Positions 11,954 to 25,177 of a stretch of 64,000 nucleotides of DNA are shown here, piece by piece. Where the stretch lies: assembly GCA_963514005.1 (NCBI GenBank), contig OY740782.1:32364001-32428000 (forward strand), given 5' to 3'. Source of the DNA: Raja brachyura. Taxonomy: Eukaryota. The notes under the pieces were generated by a model. It had not been told where the DNA came from. It searched no databases and saw only the letters and a program-made list of their open reading frames with translations. Numbering within the stretch: the first letter of the stretch is position 1; every line of letters begins with the position of its first letter. The position numbers and the translations under genes were made by a program.

Positions 11954-13685
11954 CACCACAGCAGCCCTAGAGTGTAATTAATTATCTGGAATACTTGAAT
12001 GAAGATGCAGAAGAGAAAGCCAGATCATCATTTTCTGCAGAAGATAGAGTGTGCAGTTTTGGTCCCCTAATGTGAGGAAGAATATTCTTGCTATTGAGGG
12101 AATGCAGTGTAGGTTTAGAAGGTTAATTCCTGGGATGGTGGGACTGTCATATGCTGAGAGAATGGAGCGGTTGGGCTTGTACACTCTGGAGTTTTGACGA
12201 ATGAGAGGGGAAACATATAAGATTGTTAAGGGTTTGGACAAGCTAGAGGCAGGAAACATGTTCCCGATGTTGGGGCAGTCCACAACCAGGGGGCACAGTT
12301 TAAGAATAAGGGGTAAGCCATTTAGAACGGAGACGAGGAAACACTTTTTCTAACAGAGTTGTGAGTCTGCGGAATTCTCTGCCTCGGAGGGCGGTGGAGG
12401 CAGGTTCTTTGGATACTTTCAAGAGAGAGCTAGATAGGGCTCTTCAAGATGGCGGAGTCAGGGGATATGGGGAGAAGGCAGGAATGGGGTACTGATTGGG
12501 GATGATCAGTCATGATCACATTGAATGGCGGTGCTGGCTTGAAGGGCCGAACGGCCTTCTCCTGCACCTATTGTCTATTGTCTAACTCAGCAATATTATT
12601 GAACGACTTCCACCAATGTTGACCTAAAATGAATGGCATAATTACTCAAAATTAGTACATGCAAATTGTGATCATGTTTTGTACTGGTTTTCACAAAGAT
12701 CAAAGTAAGAGAATGGGAACTGTGGTTTTCTTGTGAAGAAGCAATTAAAATTTGGTTCAAAAACTCAGGATCCAACAAAATAAATATTTCCAGGAGCCAT
12801 TTAGCTAGCTGGCAAGACACCAGTCTTTGTTTAATAAAACATAGTCTCTGGAAAAGTCGTGATGTTCCACAGATAAAAGACTTTCACCTGAATGGTTTTG
12901 TTTAATGGATCATATTTGGAATGGCAACAATTTTGGCAGCACAAGAAAAATCAATTTGACATAAACATCCATCTTCATTTAAATGTCTATAGTACAAAAT
13001 GCTTGATACATTAAAATTTTATTTTTTAAATGGAAAAATGAATTTCAAAGTGCAATATTGTAATGTTTGTGTCCTTTAACAAATTAATCATTTCCGTGAA
13101 AGATTGCAATGGAATTGTTTCTGGGATACCCTTGCCTTGCAATTGACCTTAATAAGGGAGTCATTGCTCCAAGCACAGATCTAGATCTGAATTATTCCCT
13201 AAAGGAAAAAACGTGGACGAATTAATCAGCTGTTCCCATGGTCAGATTAAAGTAAAGTACACAATTGTCTTTGCAGGGTGGAAGGAAACAGAACCACTAC
13301 AATAGTTATGTGGAGGTAAGATAGACGTACTTTGGTAGTTCTATCCTACACGTGAATTGTCCCCAGAGAAGGATCAAACTTGTGTATGGGTGATCGCTGG
13401 TCGGCATGGACCTAGTGTTTCCATGCTGTATCTTTAAACTAACCAAAGCTAAAATGGTTCAAAAACACCATTCGCTCCATCCACCCAGTGGGCATTCCAT
13501 GAAACAACTAAGTTGGTCTACAACAGATTTGGATTGCCATGAATGAAAGGCATTATAAAGGGGTCTGTTAAAACGAGGATTTCATGTATTCCAATTTCAA
13601 CATGCCTGCAATAAAATGCTTGAATAGTGCTCAATGATGAAAACTACGCAACAAAATAGAATGGAAAGGACAAAAATAAATAATA
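11954..13685. repeat. Inverted segmental duplication, copy A (paralog 36840-36937 + 41828-42903)
   Basis: Collinear reverse-complement match of non-TE sequence, roughly 90% identical by eye. It shares a small SINE remnant (about 13375-13445 versus 41970-42040). Confidence 0.93.
12050..12584 (+). mobile_element. 5'-truncated CR1 LINE
   Basis: VQFWSP..LGLYTLE coding remnant and (ctattgt)n tail. Absent from the paralogous site near 42805 (gagtgtcaactcag on the reverse strand). Confidence 0.92.
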
Positions 13686-14700
13686 CTAGACTAAGTGTGA
13701 CCCATCATGGAGGGCTGGTCCCCCAACGCAATATTCCACCTCTCCACCAATTCCAATATTGGTGGCCATTGGGGGACGTGGGGGGGGGGGAGCTTTCTGG
13801 AGCCAAATGGATTCTTGTGCTGGCAGCTCACTCACAGCTGGTGGGCTGGCAGTTGACTCACGGCTGTTCCCTGAAATTCCATTTCAAGCAGGGTGCAAGG
13901 CCACCAAATTCAAATCCATTTTCCTACTATTTCAAGCAGGGTGCAAGGCCACCAAATTCAAGTCTAGTTTCTTACCACATCAAGCAGGGTGCAAGGCCAC
14001 CAAATTCAAGAGCAGTTTCTTACCACTTCAAGCAGGGTGCAAGGCCACCAGATTCAAGTGTAGTTTCATACCACTTCAAGCAGGATGCAAGGCCACCAAA
14101 TTCAGGTGCAGTTTCCTACCACTTAAAGCAGGGTGCAAGGCCGCCGAATTCAAGTGCAGTTTCCTAACACTTCAAGCAGGGTGCAAGACCACCAAATTCA
14201 AATCCATTTTCCTACTATTTCAAGCAGGGTGAAACCACCATAAAACCACCATAAAACCACACAAAACATCACACTCACAGTTCAGTAGACATTCTGTGTG
14301 TTCAGTTGATTCACAGCTTAGACAGAGTCCTGACCTCTCCCTCTCCCCATCATGCAGAGACTAAGCCACACCCACACTTCCAGGTTATATAATCCCTCCC
14401 CCTCCCATCGGAAAAGGTGTGGCCTTCATGGTATGATTGGCAGGAGAGAGATTCTCAACATATTTTAAACACTAATAACACTTTTATTTTTCATTGATGG
14501 GAAGAATCCTCTGCACCCGATGAGCGGAGGGGGACTGAGTAAGATGGCCAAAAATCACATCCGTCAGTGGTAGCTTTTTATCTAAAATCAATATACACTG
14601 CAAACAGGAAGTTCTCATGTTAAGGCGTCCATTTGTGGTTCTTTTACTTCCACCTAAACCCCCCACCAACCATTTGCAGTGCTTTTACTTCAACCCAAAA
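13686..14700 (-). mobile_element. Non-autonomous Helitron (3' end present, 5' end lost)
   Basis: Minus-strand 3' end ...cttagtCTAG followed by T. The paralogous empty site has AT. Homologous to 25178-26127 and 53432-54600, which have A|TCTATA 5' ends on the minus strand. Confidence 0.8.
13881..14232. repeat. 48-bp minisatellite (about 7.3 units) inside the Helitron
   Basis: Unit acttcaagcagggtgcaaggccaccaaattcaagtgcagtttcctacc. It explains the 16-aa periodic ORFs. Confidence 0.95.
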
Positions 14701-14711
14701 CCCTGCCTGCT

Positions 14712-15635
14712 TACCTGCATATTTACTTTCAGTGACTGGTGTACAAGGACACCCAGGTCTCGTTGCACTTCCCTTTTTCCTAATCTGACCCCATTGAGAT
14801 AATAATCTGCCTCCTTGTTCTTCCCATCAAAGTGGATAACCTTACATTTATCTACATTATACTGCATCTGCCATGCATCTGCCCAATCACTCAACCTGGC
14901 CAAGTCACCCTGAAACCTCCTAGCATCCTCTTCACAGTTCACACTGCCACCCAGCTTTGTGTCATCTGCTAATTTGTTAGTGTTACACTTAATCCCATCA
15001 TCTAAATCACTGTATATTGTAAATAGTTGCTGACCCAGCACCGAGCCTTGCGGCACTCCACTTGCCACTGACTGTCATTCTGACAGAGACCCGTTTATTC
15101 CTACTCTTTGTTTCCTGTCTACCAACCAATTCTCTATCCATGTCAATACCCTACCCCCAATACCATGTGCTCTAATTTTGCCCACTAATCTCCTGTGTGT
15201 GAACGTCCAGGTTCACAACATCCACTGGTTCTCTTTCATCCATTTTATTTGTCCCATCCTCAAACAATTCCAGAAGATTATTCAAGCAGGATTTCCCCTT
15301 CATAAATTCATGCTGATCTGGACCAATCCTTTTACTGCTATCAAAATACGCCATTATTACTTCTTTAATAATTGACTCCAGCATCTTCCCCATCACGATG
15401 TCAGGCTAACTGGTCGATAAGTACTTGTTTTATCTCTCGCTCCTCTCTTGAAAAGTGGGATAACATTAGCTACCCTCCAATCCACAGGAACTGAATATTG
15501 GAAAATGATCACCAATGTGTTCACGATTTCTAGAGCCACCTCCTTGAGTGCCGTGGGGATTTATCAGACTTCAGTCCCATCAGTCTACTCAATACTATTT
15601 CTCGCCTAATGCAAATTTCTTTCAGTTCCTCTGTT
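14712..15635 (-). mobile_element. CR1 LINE RT fragment (probable paralog of 35070-36030)
   Basis: SGVPQGSVLG, KLADDTKLGG, QHEFMKGKSCL. Confidence 0.92.
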
Positions 15636-17067
15636 CATTCACAGATAGCTGTTAATCTGTTTCTAGATTACATTGTTAGATGTAAAAAAAAAAAAAAAAT
15701 AGAAATTGCAAAGGGGCATTGATAGATTAAGAAAAGTGCAGAGAGTGCTGAAGATGGGACACTTTGGACTGAAAGATAACATTACATAAAATTAGAAGGA
15801 GCTTGAAACTCTGAACAGAGACAAATAGTGGCTGAAGGACCAAATTGCTAATCAAAAAAGATGATGGTATATTAACTCCATGCAATTTGCAAATAATTCC
15901 TTGAGTACAGAAGGTTAATGGTAAACTGAGGTATTTAAAATGAATGAAGTTTTCATCGCAGTAAGTAATAATAAATAATTACTTTTGGGAAGGTTAAATA
16001 GGTCAAGACAGAACCTATATATTAGAGCTAGGTGCTTGAGGAGAATTTTTTGAAGGCTTTTCTTCACTTTGGGCACTGGCTTTGCAACAGGACGTGGGAG
16101 AATGTAAGAACTTTGATCTCAGCTATTAAGATTATATTAAATTATTTATGACCAAAAAGAGGATTACATGCATTCTAAGCTATAAGAACACCTCAGTAAT
16201 CCTCTTTTATATCCTGACCAGCTGATATTTCCTTTTTAATTGCGCTCTTTTGCATTTGTCGTTGAACCAATGTCCAACATAAATGCACATCAAGAGCTTG
16301 TGGAATGACACGTCGATCTTCTTATTTGCACAATAGTTACCCGGCAATTTGCATTCTCGGAATGGGCTTCTGTTTCTTCTGCAAGACATCATATATAATC
16401 CTGCTGACTGGATCTGGTTCCTGTGAAAGCAGTAGTGCTTGTCTGGATGGAAACATATGGGTGGAAATGTTACAGAGAGGCAATCTACTAGCATGAAGAT
16501 AAGACAAATAATGATGCTTGACTTGTAAATATGGGCCATGAGGTTATAGGTTTGGATGAATGTAATAATGCTGCTTGTAGCTGTGCCAGTTTTAAACTGC
16601 TGGATCCATTCTGGATTTCTTCAGCGCCAAGCCTGCATGAGGATCTTGGGTAGATGGTAATTTCTATCGGTATTGTCATGAAAAGTTCCATCTTGCTAAG
16701 GATGAAGTGAAGTATTCTTTTCCCATGTTGATTTTTCCATCATTTATTGGAGGACTAGTTTGATAGTTGTGCAATTTGGGTTTTGGCCATCAATCATTCT
16801 GTTTATTTGCAATGAACATTGAGTTCCATTGTTTCGAGTACATTGTGTAACCTACGTTCTCTGTGGGCTTGAGGGAACACTGATTCTGTTAGGTATTTAT
16901 CATCAGGAGATTGAACTCATGCCTTGAACCTTTGTGGTCTATAGAACAATTTAATTAATCCCAGGTCAACCGCTACCTGACTGTACATTGCAGCCTTGCC
17001 ATTATGACATGTCTCTATTTGCATTGTATAGGATGTATCCTATATAGTTATGATGAAGGAGCCAAGA

Positions 17068-17195
17068 ATCTGTACGGAGTTTGTACGTTCTCCTGTGAGC
17101 TGCGTGGGTTTTCTCAGAGATCTTCGGTTTCCTCCCACATTCCAAAGACGTACAGGTTTGTAGGTTAATTGGCTTGGTAAATGTGAAAATTGTAA
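17068..17195 (+). mobile_element. HE1-like V-SINE fragment
   Basis: V-domain-like gtacggagtttgtacgttctcc...ttcctcccacattccaaagacg. Confidence 0.8.
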
Positions 17196-17479
17196 GTCTA
17201 GATATTTAAAAATGTGAAAATTGTAAGTCTAGATATTTAAAAAAAAAAAAAACCTAATTAATGAATTCAGCTGCAAGATCTGGATTTCATTGTTATTCTA
17301 GACGTCTGGATTAATAGACCAGGAACATCTATTATGCCACCATTCTCTATTACCAGAGTCTGCACTACTTAAAGCTAGCCATTGCGTTTCAATAGGGGCA
17401 CAATGTGGCTGAAGTAGTTGCTTGACATCATTCCACTTTTGTACCTGTCATGCAAAACTATGCAGCCTTGTCTGATAAA

Positions 17480-17785
17480 GGGTAGCATGGTGGTGCAGCG
17501 GTAGAGTTCCAGCGCTGGAGGCCCAGGTTTGTTCCCGACTACGGGTGCTGTTTGTACGGAATTTATACGTTCTTCCTGTGACTGCGTGTGTGTTCTCCGA
17601 GTTTTTCAGTTTCCTCCCACACTCGAAAGACATACAGATTTGTAAGTTTATTGGCTTGGTATAAGTGTAAATTGTCCCTAGTGTGTGTAGGATATTGTTA
17701 ATGTGTGGGGATCATTGGACTGTGCGGACTCAGTGGGCTGAAGAGCCCGTTTCCGCGCTGTATCTCCAAACAAAAACACAAAAAA
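17480..17785 (+). mobile_element. HE1-like V-SINE (near complete)
   Basis: tRNA-like head ggtggtgcagcggtagag..gtttgttccc, V domain, CR1-like tail ccgtttccgcgctgtatctc and A-rich end. Confidence 0.88.
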
Positions 17786-18792
17786 ATTGAAGCTGAAAGA
17801 ACATCATTACACAATTCCACAGCTGCAGTCATTAACTATGACAGTGACATTGTGTAATTTTGATAATATCTTAGAAGTGGTAATTGTTGATGATATTCTC
17901 AGTTCTGAGTGTTCTAAGCATAGAAAACAGGAACAAGAATGGTGCATTAATCAACTTTCCAGAGGATTATACATCACGTGGTTTCAGCAGAGGATTTTTG
18001 ATGGAACCGTTGGGAGATGAAGGAAGCCTATATTTCAATGGTAAGAAAATTGATGAGTAGAGCACGAACATTGCACATGACTTTGTGCAGAAGATGGATC
18101 CATTCTTTCTAGGTGGAAGTGGGGCCTAGCTTTGGTTTCTCATTTCTGAACCAAATCAGGATACAGAGTCTGATGGTTGTCATTGCAACCTTTACTGTGA
18201 TGTTGTACATGTGTGATTGATATCTCAGAATCATGGAATGAGGCCTCGAGGTTTTAGTTATTTAAGAAATTTAGCTATGGGAGGTGGAGATGCACAGTTT
18301 TGTGTGAAGGTGTTGCATCTTGTATTCGTCTCCATGAAGTGTCTTTTGAAAGCAATTTGAAATGGCTTGTGTGGCAGGGGACTATCCACAGATCAAGAAG
18401 GTTGCATGGAGGCAAAAAATGTTGACCTGATAGAGTAGCCAATTGTTCACTGCACCTGTATTTTTGCCCTTTTCAAAGATTTTTAAGCTGCGGTTTTGAC
18501 CATGAGATCAAAGAGATTAAAAAGATTTTGATAATGTAAATAGGAAAAATAGTTTCTTCGTGGGAGAGTCAGTAACCAATAAGTATACAAGGAAGAGCCA
18601 GATGCAGGTAGGGAGGGGATTGGGAAATAATATTTTTAATGCAGCAAGCTATGGTCAGAAAGGGTGAGTTGAATCATCTTCCGAATCTGTTTGAAAGGAT
18701 GGTGAAAGCAGATTTGCCTGGTGGTATTGATTTATTATTGTTACATGCACCAAGATACAGTGAAGCACTTTATTTTGCATATTAAGCAAGCT

Positions 18793-21490
18793 GGGGAAGT
18801 ACAATGAGATCTGAGGGTCCTTGTTCATCAGTCACCGAAAGTAAGCATGGAGGTACAGCAGGCATTGAAGAAAGCTAATGGCATGTTGGCCTTCATAACA
18901 AGAGGAGTTGGGTAACGGAGCAAAGAGGTCCTTCTGCAGTTATACAGGGCCCTAGTGAGACCACCCCTGGAGTATTGTGTGCAGTTTTGATCTCCAAATT
19001 TGAGAAAAGACATTCTTCCTATGGATGGAGTGCAGCACATGTTCACAAGGTTAATACCGGGATGGCAGGACTGTCATCTGTTGATAGAATGGAGCGACTG
19101 GGTTTGTATACACTGGAATTTAGAAGGATGAGAGGGTATTTTATTGAAACATATAAGGTTATTAAGGGATTGGACACACTGGAGGCAGGGAACATGTTTC
19201 TGATGTTGGGGGAGTCTAGAACCGGGCACCACAGTTTACAAATAAGGGGTAGGCCATTTAGAATGGAGATGAGCCTTCTGGAGATGAGTATATAAATCAG
19301 CCAGAAAAAGCAGCCTACCAGAGGACTGGGAGAAATTCGGAATCCAGCAGAGGAGGACAAAGGGCTTAATTAGGAAAGGGAAAATGGATTATGAAAGAAA
19401 ACTGTCATGGAACATAAAAACTGACTGCAAATGTTTTTATAGATATGTGAAGTGAAAAAGATTAGTTAAAACAAATGTAGGTCCCTTGCAGTCAGAAACA
19501 GGTGAATTGGTCACGAGGAACTACTTTGGTTCTGTCTTCACTAAGGAAGACATAAATAATCTGCAGGAAATAGCAGGGGACCGGGGGTCAAATGAGATGG
19601 AGGAACTGAGTGAAATCCAAGTTAGCCGGGAAGTGGCGTTGGGTAAATTGAGTGGATTAAAGGCCGATAAATCCCCAGGGCCAGATGGGCTACATCCCAG
19701 AGTACTTAAGGAAGTAGCCCCAGAAATAGTGGATGCATTGGTGATAATTTTTAAAAACTCTTTAGATTCTGGAGTAGTTCCTGAGGATTAGAGGGTAGCT
19801 AATGTAACCCCACTTTTTAAAAATAGAGGGAGAGAGAAAACGGGGAATTACAGACCAGTTAGTCTATCATCGCTAGTGGGGAAAATGCTAGTTATTAAAG
19901 ATGGGATAGCAGCACATTTGGAAAGTGGTGAAATCATTGGACAAAGTCAGCATGGATTTATGAAAAGTAAATCATGTCTGACGAATCTTATAGAATTTTT
20001 CGAGCATGTAATTAGTGAAGTGGATAAGGGAGAACCAGTGAATGTATTATATCTGGACTTTCAGAAGGCTTACGACAAGGTTCCACATAAGAGATTAGTA
20101 TACAAACTTAAAGCACACGGTATTGGGGGTTCAGTATTGATGTGGATAGAGAACTGGCTGGCAGACAGGAAGCAAAGAGTAGGAGTGAACGGGTCCTTTT
20201 CAGAATGGCAGGCAGTGACTAGTGGGGTACTGCAAGGCTCAGTGCTGGAACCCCAGCTATTTACAATATATATTAATGATTTGGATGAGGGAATTGAATG
20301 CAACATCTTCAAGTTTGCGGATGACACGAAGCTGGGGACAGTGTTAGCTGTGAGGAGGATGCTAGGAGGATGCAAGGTAACTTGGATAGGTTGGATGAGT
20401 GGGCAAATGCATGGCAGATGCAGTATAATGTGTATAAATGTGAGGTTATCCACTTTGGCGGCAAAAACAGGAAAGTAGACTTATCTGAATGGGTGGCAGA
20501 TTAGGAAAAGGGGAGATGAAACGAAACCTGGGTGTCATGGTACACCAGTCATTGAAGGTAGGCATTCAGGTGCAGCAGGCAGTGAAGAAAGCGAATGGTA
20601 TGTTAGCATTCATAGCAAAAGGATTTGAGTATAGGAGCAGAGAGGTTCTACTGCAGTTGTACAGGGTTTTGGTGAGACAACACGTGGAGTATTGCGTACA
20701 GTTTTGGTCTCCTAATCTGAGGAAAGACATTCTTGCCATAGAGGGAGAACAGAGAAGGTTCACCAAACTGATTCCTGGGATGTCAGGACTTTCATATGAA
20801 GAAAGACTGGATAGACTCTGCTTGTATTCGCTAGAATTTAGAAGATTGAGGGGGGATCTTATAGAAACTTACAAAATTCTTAAGGGGTTAGATAGGCTCG
20901 ATGCAGGAAGATTGTTCCCGATGTTGGGGAAGTCCAGAACAAGGGGTCACAGTTTAAGGATAAGGGGGAAGTCTTTTAGGACCGAGATGAGAGAAAAAAA
21001 AATTCACACAGAGTGGTGAATCTGTGGAATTATCTGCCACAGACGGTAGTTGAGGCCAGTTCATTGGCTATATTTAAGAGGGAGTTAGATGTGGCCCTTG
21101 TGGCTAAAGGGATCGGGGGTATGGAGAGAAGGCAGGTACAGGATACTGAGTTGGATGATCAGCCATGATCATATTGAATGGCGGTGCAGGCTCGAAGGGC
21201 CGAATGGCCTACTCCTGCACCTATTTTCTATGTTTCTATGAGGAAAAACGTTTTCACCCAGAGAGTTGTGTGTCTGTGGAATTTTCTGCCTCAGAAGGCA
21301 GTGGAGGCCAATTCTCTAGCTGCTTTCAAGAGAGAGTTAGATAGAGCTCTTTAAGATAGCGGAGTCAAGGGATAAGGGGAGAAGGCAGGAACGGGGTACT
21401 GATTATGGATGATCAGCCATGATCACAGTGATTGACGGTGCTGGCTCGAAGGGCTGAATGTCCTACTCCTGCACTTATTGTCTATTGTCT
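18793..21490 (+). mobile_element. CR1 3' fragment interrupted by a younger CR1
   Basis: Continuity gagatgag|gaaaaac across 19273/21243, and (ctattgt)n tail. Confidence 0.88.
19289..21240 (+). mobile_element. Nested young CR1 LINE (about 1.95 kb, RT region to tail)
   Basis: [37 protein letters not shown]; tail ttttctatgtttctatg; short TSD atgag. Confidence 0.93.
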
Positions 21491-21550
21491 GATCATATCA
21501 TATGCGAGAAAAATGGTAGTGCAAAAAAGGAAAGAAACAGAGTGCAGAAT

Positions 21551-21685
21551 GTAGAAACATTGAAAATAGGTGCAGGAGTAAGCCATTCGACCTTTCCTGC
21601 CAGCACTGCCATTCAACATTATCAAGGCTGATCATCCAAACTCAGTACCCCGTTCCTGCTTTCTCCCCATACCCCTTGATTCTGT
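21551..21685 (-). mobile_element. CR1 3' tail fragment
   Basis: tagaaacattgaaaataggtgcaggagta...cccgttcctgctttctcccc. Confidence 0.8.
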
Positions 21686-21699
21686 TAACAAGGTATAGG

Positions 21700-22140
21700 T
21701 ACAGAGAAATTGTTGTGCAGGTGCAGAGAAATTGTAGGTAAAAATGTGCAAAGAGCGCAATTAGGTAGGGAATCCAGCCTGAGCATTTGAGAGGACTGTT
21801 TAAAAGTTTGATAACAGTTCTAGAAGAGCTCTTTTGAATCTGTTGGTATGTACTTTCAAGCTTTTGTATCTTCTGCCTGATGGAAATGGGGAGAAGAAAA
21901 AATGTTCATGATGTGAACGGTCCATGATATTGTTGTTTTCATATTACTTTCGTGAGGCAGTGTGGATTGGATGAGTGGGGATGGTTTGTGTGATGCACTG
22001 GGCTGCATCCATGACTCAGCATTTTCTTGTGGCTGGTCATAGCAGTTGACATACCAAGCTGTGGTGCATCCGGAAGTATACTCTACATGGTGTATGTGTA
22101 CAAATTGGTAAGAGTCTTTTGACCGCATGTCAGTATATTT
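21700..22140 (-). mobile_element. Old Rex1/Babar-like LINE 3' remnant
   Basis: Minus-strand peptide SGCTTAWY.NC, and similarity to 60240-60800 and 61020-61570. Confidence 0.55.
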
Positions 22141-25100
22141 AGAATGACAGCATTGCACAGTGTATTTACTGGCTTTTCGCCTCACCGGTCTATTCTGACC
22201 ATTATATCTATTATGTTAACTCCACCTGTCTGCCTTAATTCTACATCCATCTATGCTTTGCTCATTCAAGTACCTGTTCAGGTGCCTCTTAAATACTATT
22301 GCTGTACTTGCCTCTTCCACCTTCTCTGGCAGCTTATTCCAGATAACATCTGCTCTTTATGTGAATTATTTATCCCTCTGTTTCCCTTTAACCTTTTGCC
22401 TAGTTTTAAATTCTGGGTTAGCTACCTTATCTACGCCTTTCATAATTTTGCATACCTCTTTTATGTAATCTCTCGGCCTCCTTTGCTCCAGGGAAAAGAG
22501 ACCAAGCCTATTCAAACTCAATTCGACTTTTTTTAAGGTCCTCAGACGAACATTGTGGAATTTGTTTAAGATGGTTCTTTCTAGTTGAATCTTGTAATCA
22601 CTAAGTACTCTGTTCTTTCCCCCCCACCCCCCAATCTCAGTACAAGTATCTAATTCCTTGTTCAAATCCAGAGCAATGAAACTGAGCATCTCATTACTCA
22701 GTGCTGCAGTGATTCCACGTGCTACTATACTTCGACACCTATTAGTTTTTTAGCAGCTTTCCACGTTGTTATATCATTTTTGAGAAATCCTATGAGGCGT
22801 GGTGCATAAGCAATGGATACTGTCTCGATGAACTTCCTCAAAAGGTAGTTAAATAGACTGGAAATTAGATTGAAATCAAAGACGGGTTTAGAATGAGATA
22901 ATCTATTTCAGATGACATGATAGCTTAGAATTCTTAAGGATGGATAGCTGCTTTATTTCCTTATGCAGTGAAAGTCTGACTTTTCTTCATTACCGGTTAG
23001 GCCAACTAGCAGGATGTCCCTATATTTTTGTGAGTAGATGTGTTTTGAATGGCCAGATGGCCTTTTCTAGTTTAATGCTATTCTATTTGGTTTGTGGATT
23101 TACTGGCTGAACACATCTGATGATTATAAAAGGAAAATTGTTGGTCGCAAGTAGAGCTGCAATCAGACTTTAGCAGAGCCTTTAAATGGAAAGTTTGTGC
23201 AATGAACAAATCTCGCTTTTGTTTCAGTATTATTAGCGAGTTTAACTATTGAAAATCTCGTCACGTTTGTCAAGAGATGGTTGATTTGGTCAAGGAAAGA
23301 AAGTAAGGCAATATTCCATTTGTTATACAGTGTTTTTCATGATGCTCAAACACTACAGAACTTTAATCTCCAACAAAATGAGGCTATTTTACATTTAGGA
23401 AACAAGGTATATAATTTATAGACGGGAACTACTTCCAATCGCAATGTGATGATAACCAGGTTAGCCGGTTTGATGAAGGTTAAATTCACCAGCACCAGCT
23501 GCCGTCTCTTCGATATTTTACATTAAAGTGAATTAATTAATTAATTTAAAGTAAATTTTACAAGAAGACGGGATCTTCTGTAGAATGGGATTTCTAACGG
23601 TGCGTCTCTCCCTCCATCCTGAACTGGAATGTTAGCCTTGGTTTTTGAACTTTGATCTTAGGAGTGCGATTTGAGCCTACAAGATTTTGATTTATAGCCA
23701 AGCGTGTTACCATCTAAACCTAAGCTGGTAATGTCACTGTTGACTGTAATAACTTCAGTATAGATTGTTCATGTGTTGGCACAAATGGTATATCAGGCCA
23801 AAGCAATCCTTTTGGTTACAATTTATGTTTCAGCTGCAGCAATGAGGGATACTGCTATAGAAAAGATTTACTTTGGCCGATATTTATATTTACCCAGGAG
23901 ATCTAATTACATGGTGTGAAAGTTATGACTTGATACAAGTCAGTACATGCATGGACTGAGTCGTTGTGAGGCAACATACTGTGCATAATATTTAAAAAAT
24001 GCCATGGTCATAGTGACTTTGGTAACTACCTTTTTATGTGGGAAAAAAAGGAGCTCTTCTCCATCTGTGGGAATTTTTGTCTGGAGAACCAAGTACACAA
24101 ATCCATTTGTACCATTGAGTAGAAGAGTTCCCAGAGCCAGGATACAGACTGAATGGAAGTGAACAACTGTCTGTACATGACCAGAACTCATAACATGAAT
24201 TAAGTCCTTTTGGAATTGGTTGCCATGCCAACAATTTGAATTTTCAATACACAGTTGTGAGCACACAAGCTTTCTTTCCATTGCAACTGACATAAACATG
24301 CAGAAGAGTGGTGTCTGCTGTTCATGTGTTGCTTTGAAAGCTTGCCTATAATGCTGGCATTATTCCTCTATTGTGAGTCATTATCTGCAGCCAAGCAAGT
24401 GCATTTCAAATTGCTACATTAAGAAGAAGTATTACCATTAATCAATATTGAACTGTATGATAGGTTGATGCTCAGAGAAGTAAAGTTCTAAATATTTTTT
24501 AATAATTGAAGATTGTAATTTTGGAAATAGATTGCTTTAAAATGCGTCATCACCCCAAACAGACCTTTATTGCCAACAATCTGTCTTGGCTAGCTTCCCC
24601 ACTTGCACCTTGTGTAAACTTAACCTTGTGCAAAACTGTGCCTAATCTAATTCATGTCTAGCCTAATTTACCCATCACCCTTTCCTATTGATTTGTAGTT
24701 CCACGTGAGCGTAAATTGTAACATTCTCAACCTTTCTTTTGGATCCCTCCATGTCCTTGCATCTGTTGATGGGAATGTTCTACGTTTCAGGAGTGTTTCC
24801 CAAGCCAGGAATGGATAATCCTGGATCTAGTTTGGGAAATGAAATGGGGTCACTGATGCACTTTTTAGTGGGGGAGCATGTGGGCTCAAAATGGTGGTCA
24901 AAAAATCAGGTTTTATAATAACAATGCAAAATTAAAAAATGCATTTATTAATGAAATTACTTCTAGTTGAGGCTAAAAATCTGAAACTGATCTGGCCTAG
25001 CTGAGATAGGATTAAAATTTTTGAGTTAAAACAAATAATTAAATGATGATAGACATTTAAACGTGAACGTGTTCTGGTATAATTTATGGGCACATTGTTG

Positions 25101-25177
25101 AGGCAAAAGATGCACCTTCAATGCAGAAATCCCTGGCTAACAACAGAAATAGAGAAACAGAAGGATAATAATTAAAA

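Noticed and set aside
11954-13685. Duplication caused by Helitron 3' read-through capture
   Set aside because: The paralog lacks the Helitron, and homology appears to continue on its other side (CR1). The Helitron more likely inserted later.
13634-14232. Repeat-protein ORFs (177 and 157 aa) or a CRISPR-like array
   Set aside because: These arise from a 48-bp (multiple of 3) minisatellite in a Helitron. There are no unique spacers, no cas genes, and the context is eukaryotic.
17180-17241. 31-bp tandem duplication at a SINE end (also a 15-bp duplication near 56585)
   Set aside because: Ordinary slippage duplications.
17480-17545. tRNA-like sequence (also near 30520-30590)
   Set aside because: These are tRNA-derived SINE heads followed by V domain and LINE tail, not tRNA genes.
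20070-20766. Antisense ORFs over CR1 copies (also 35525, 55421 and others)
   Set aside because: Shadow frames of LINE ORF2, recurring in every copy.
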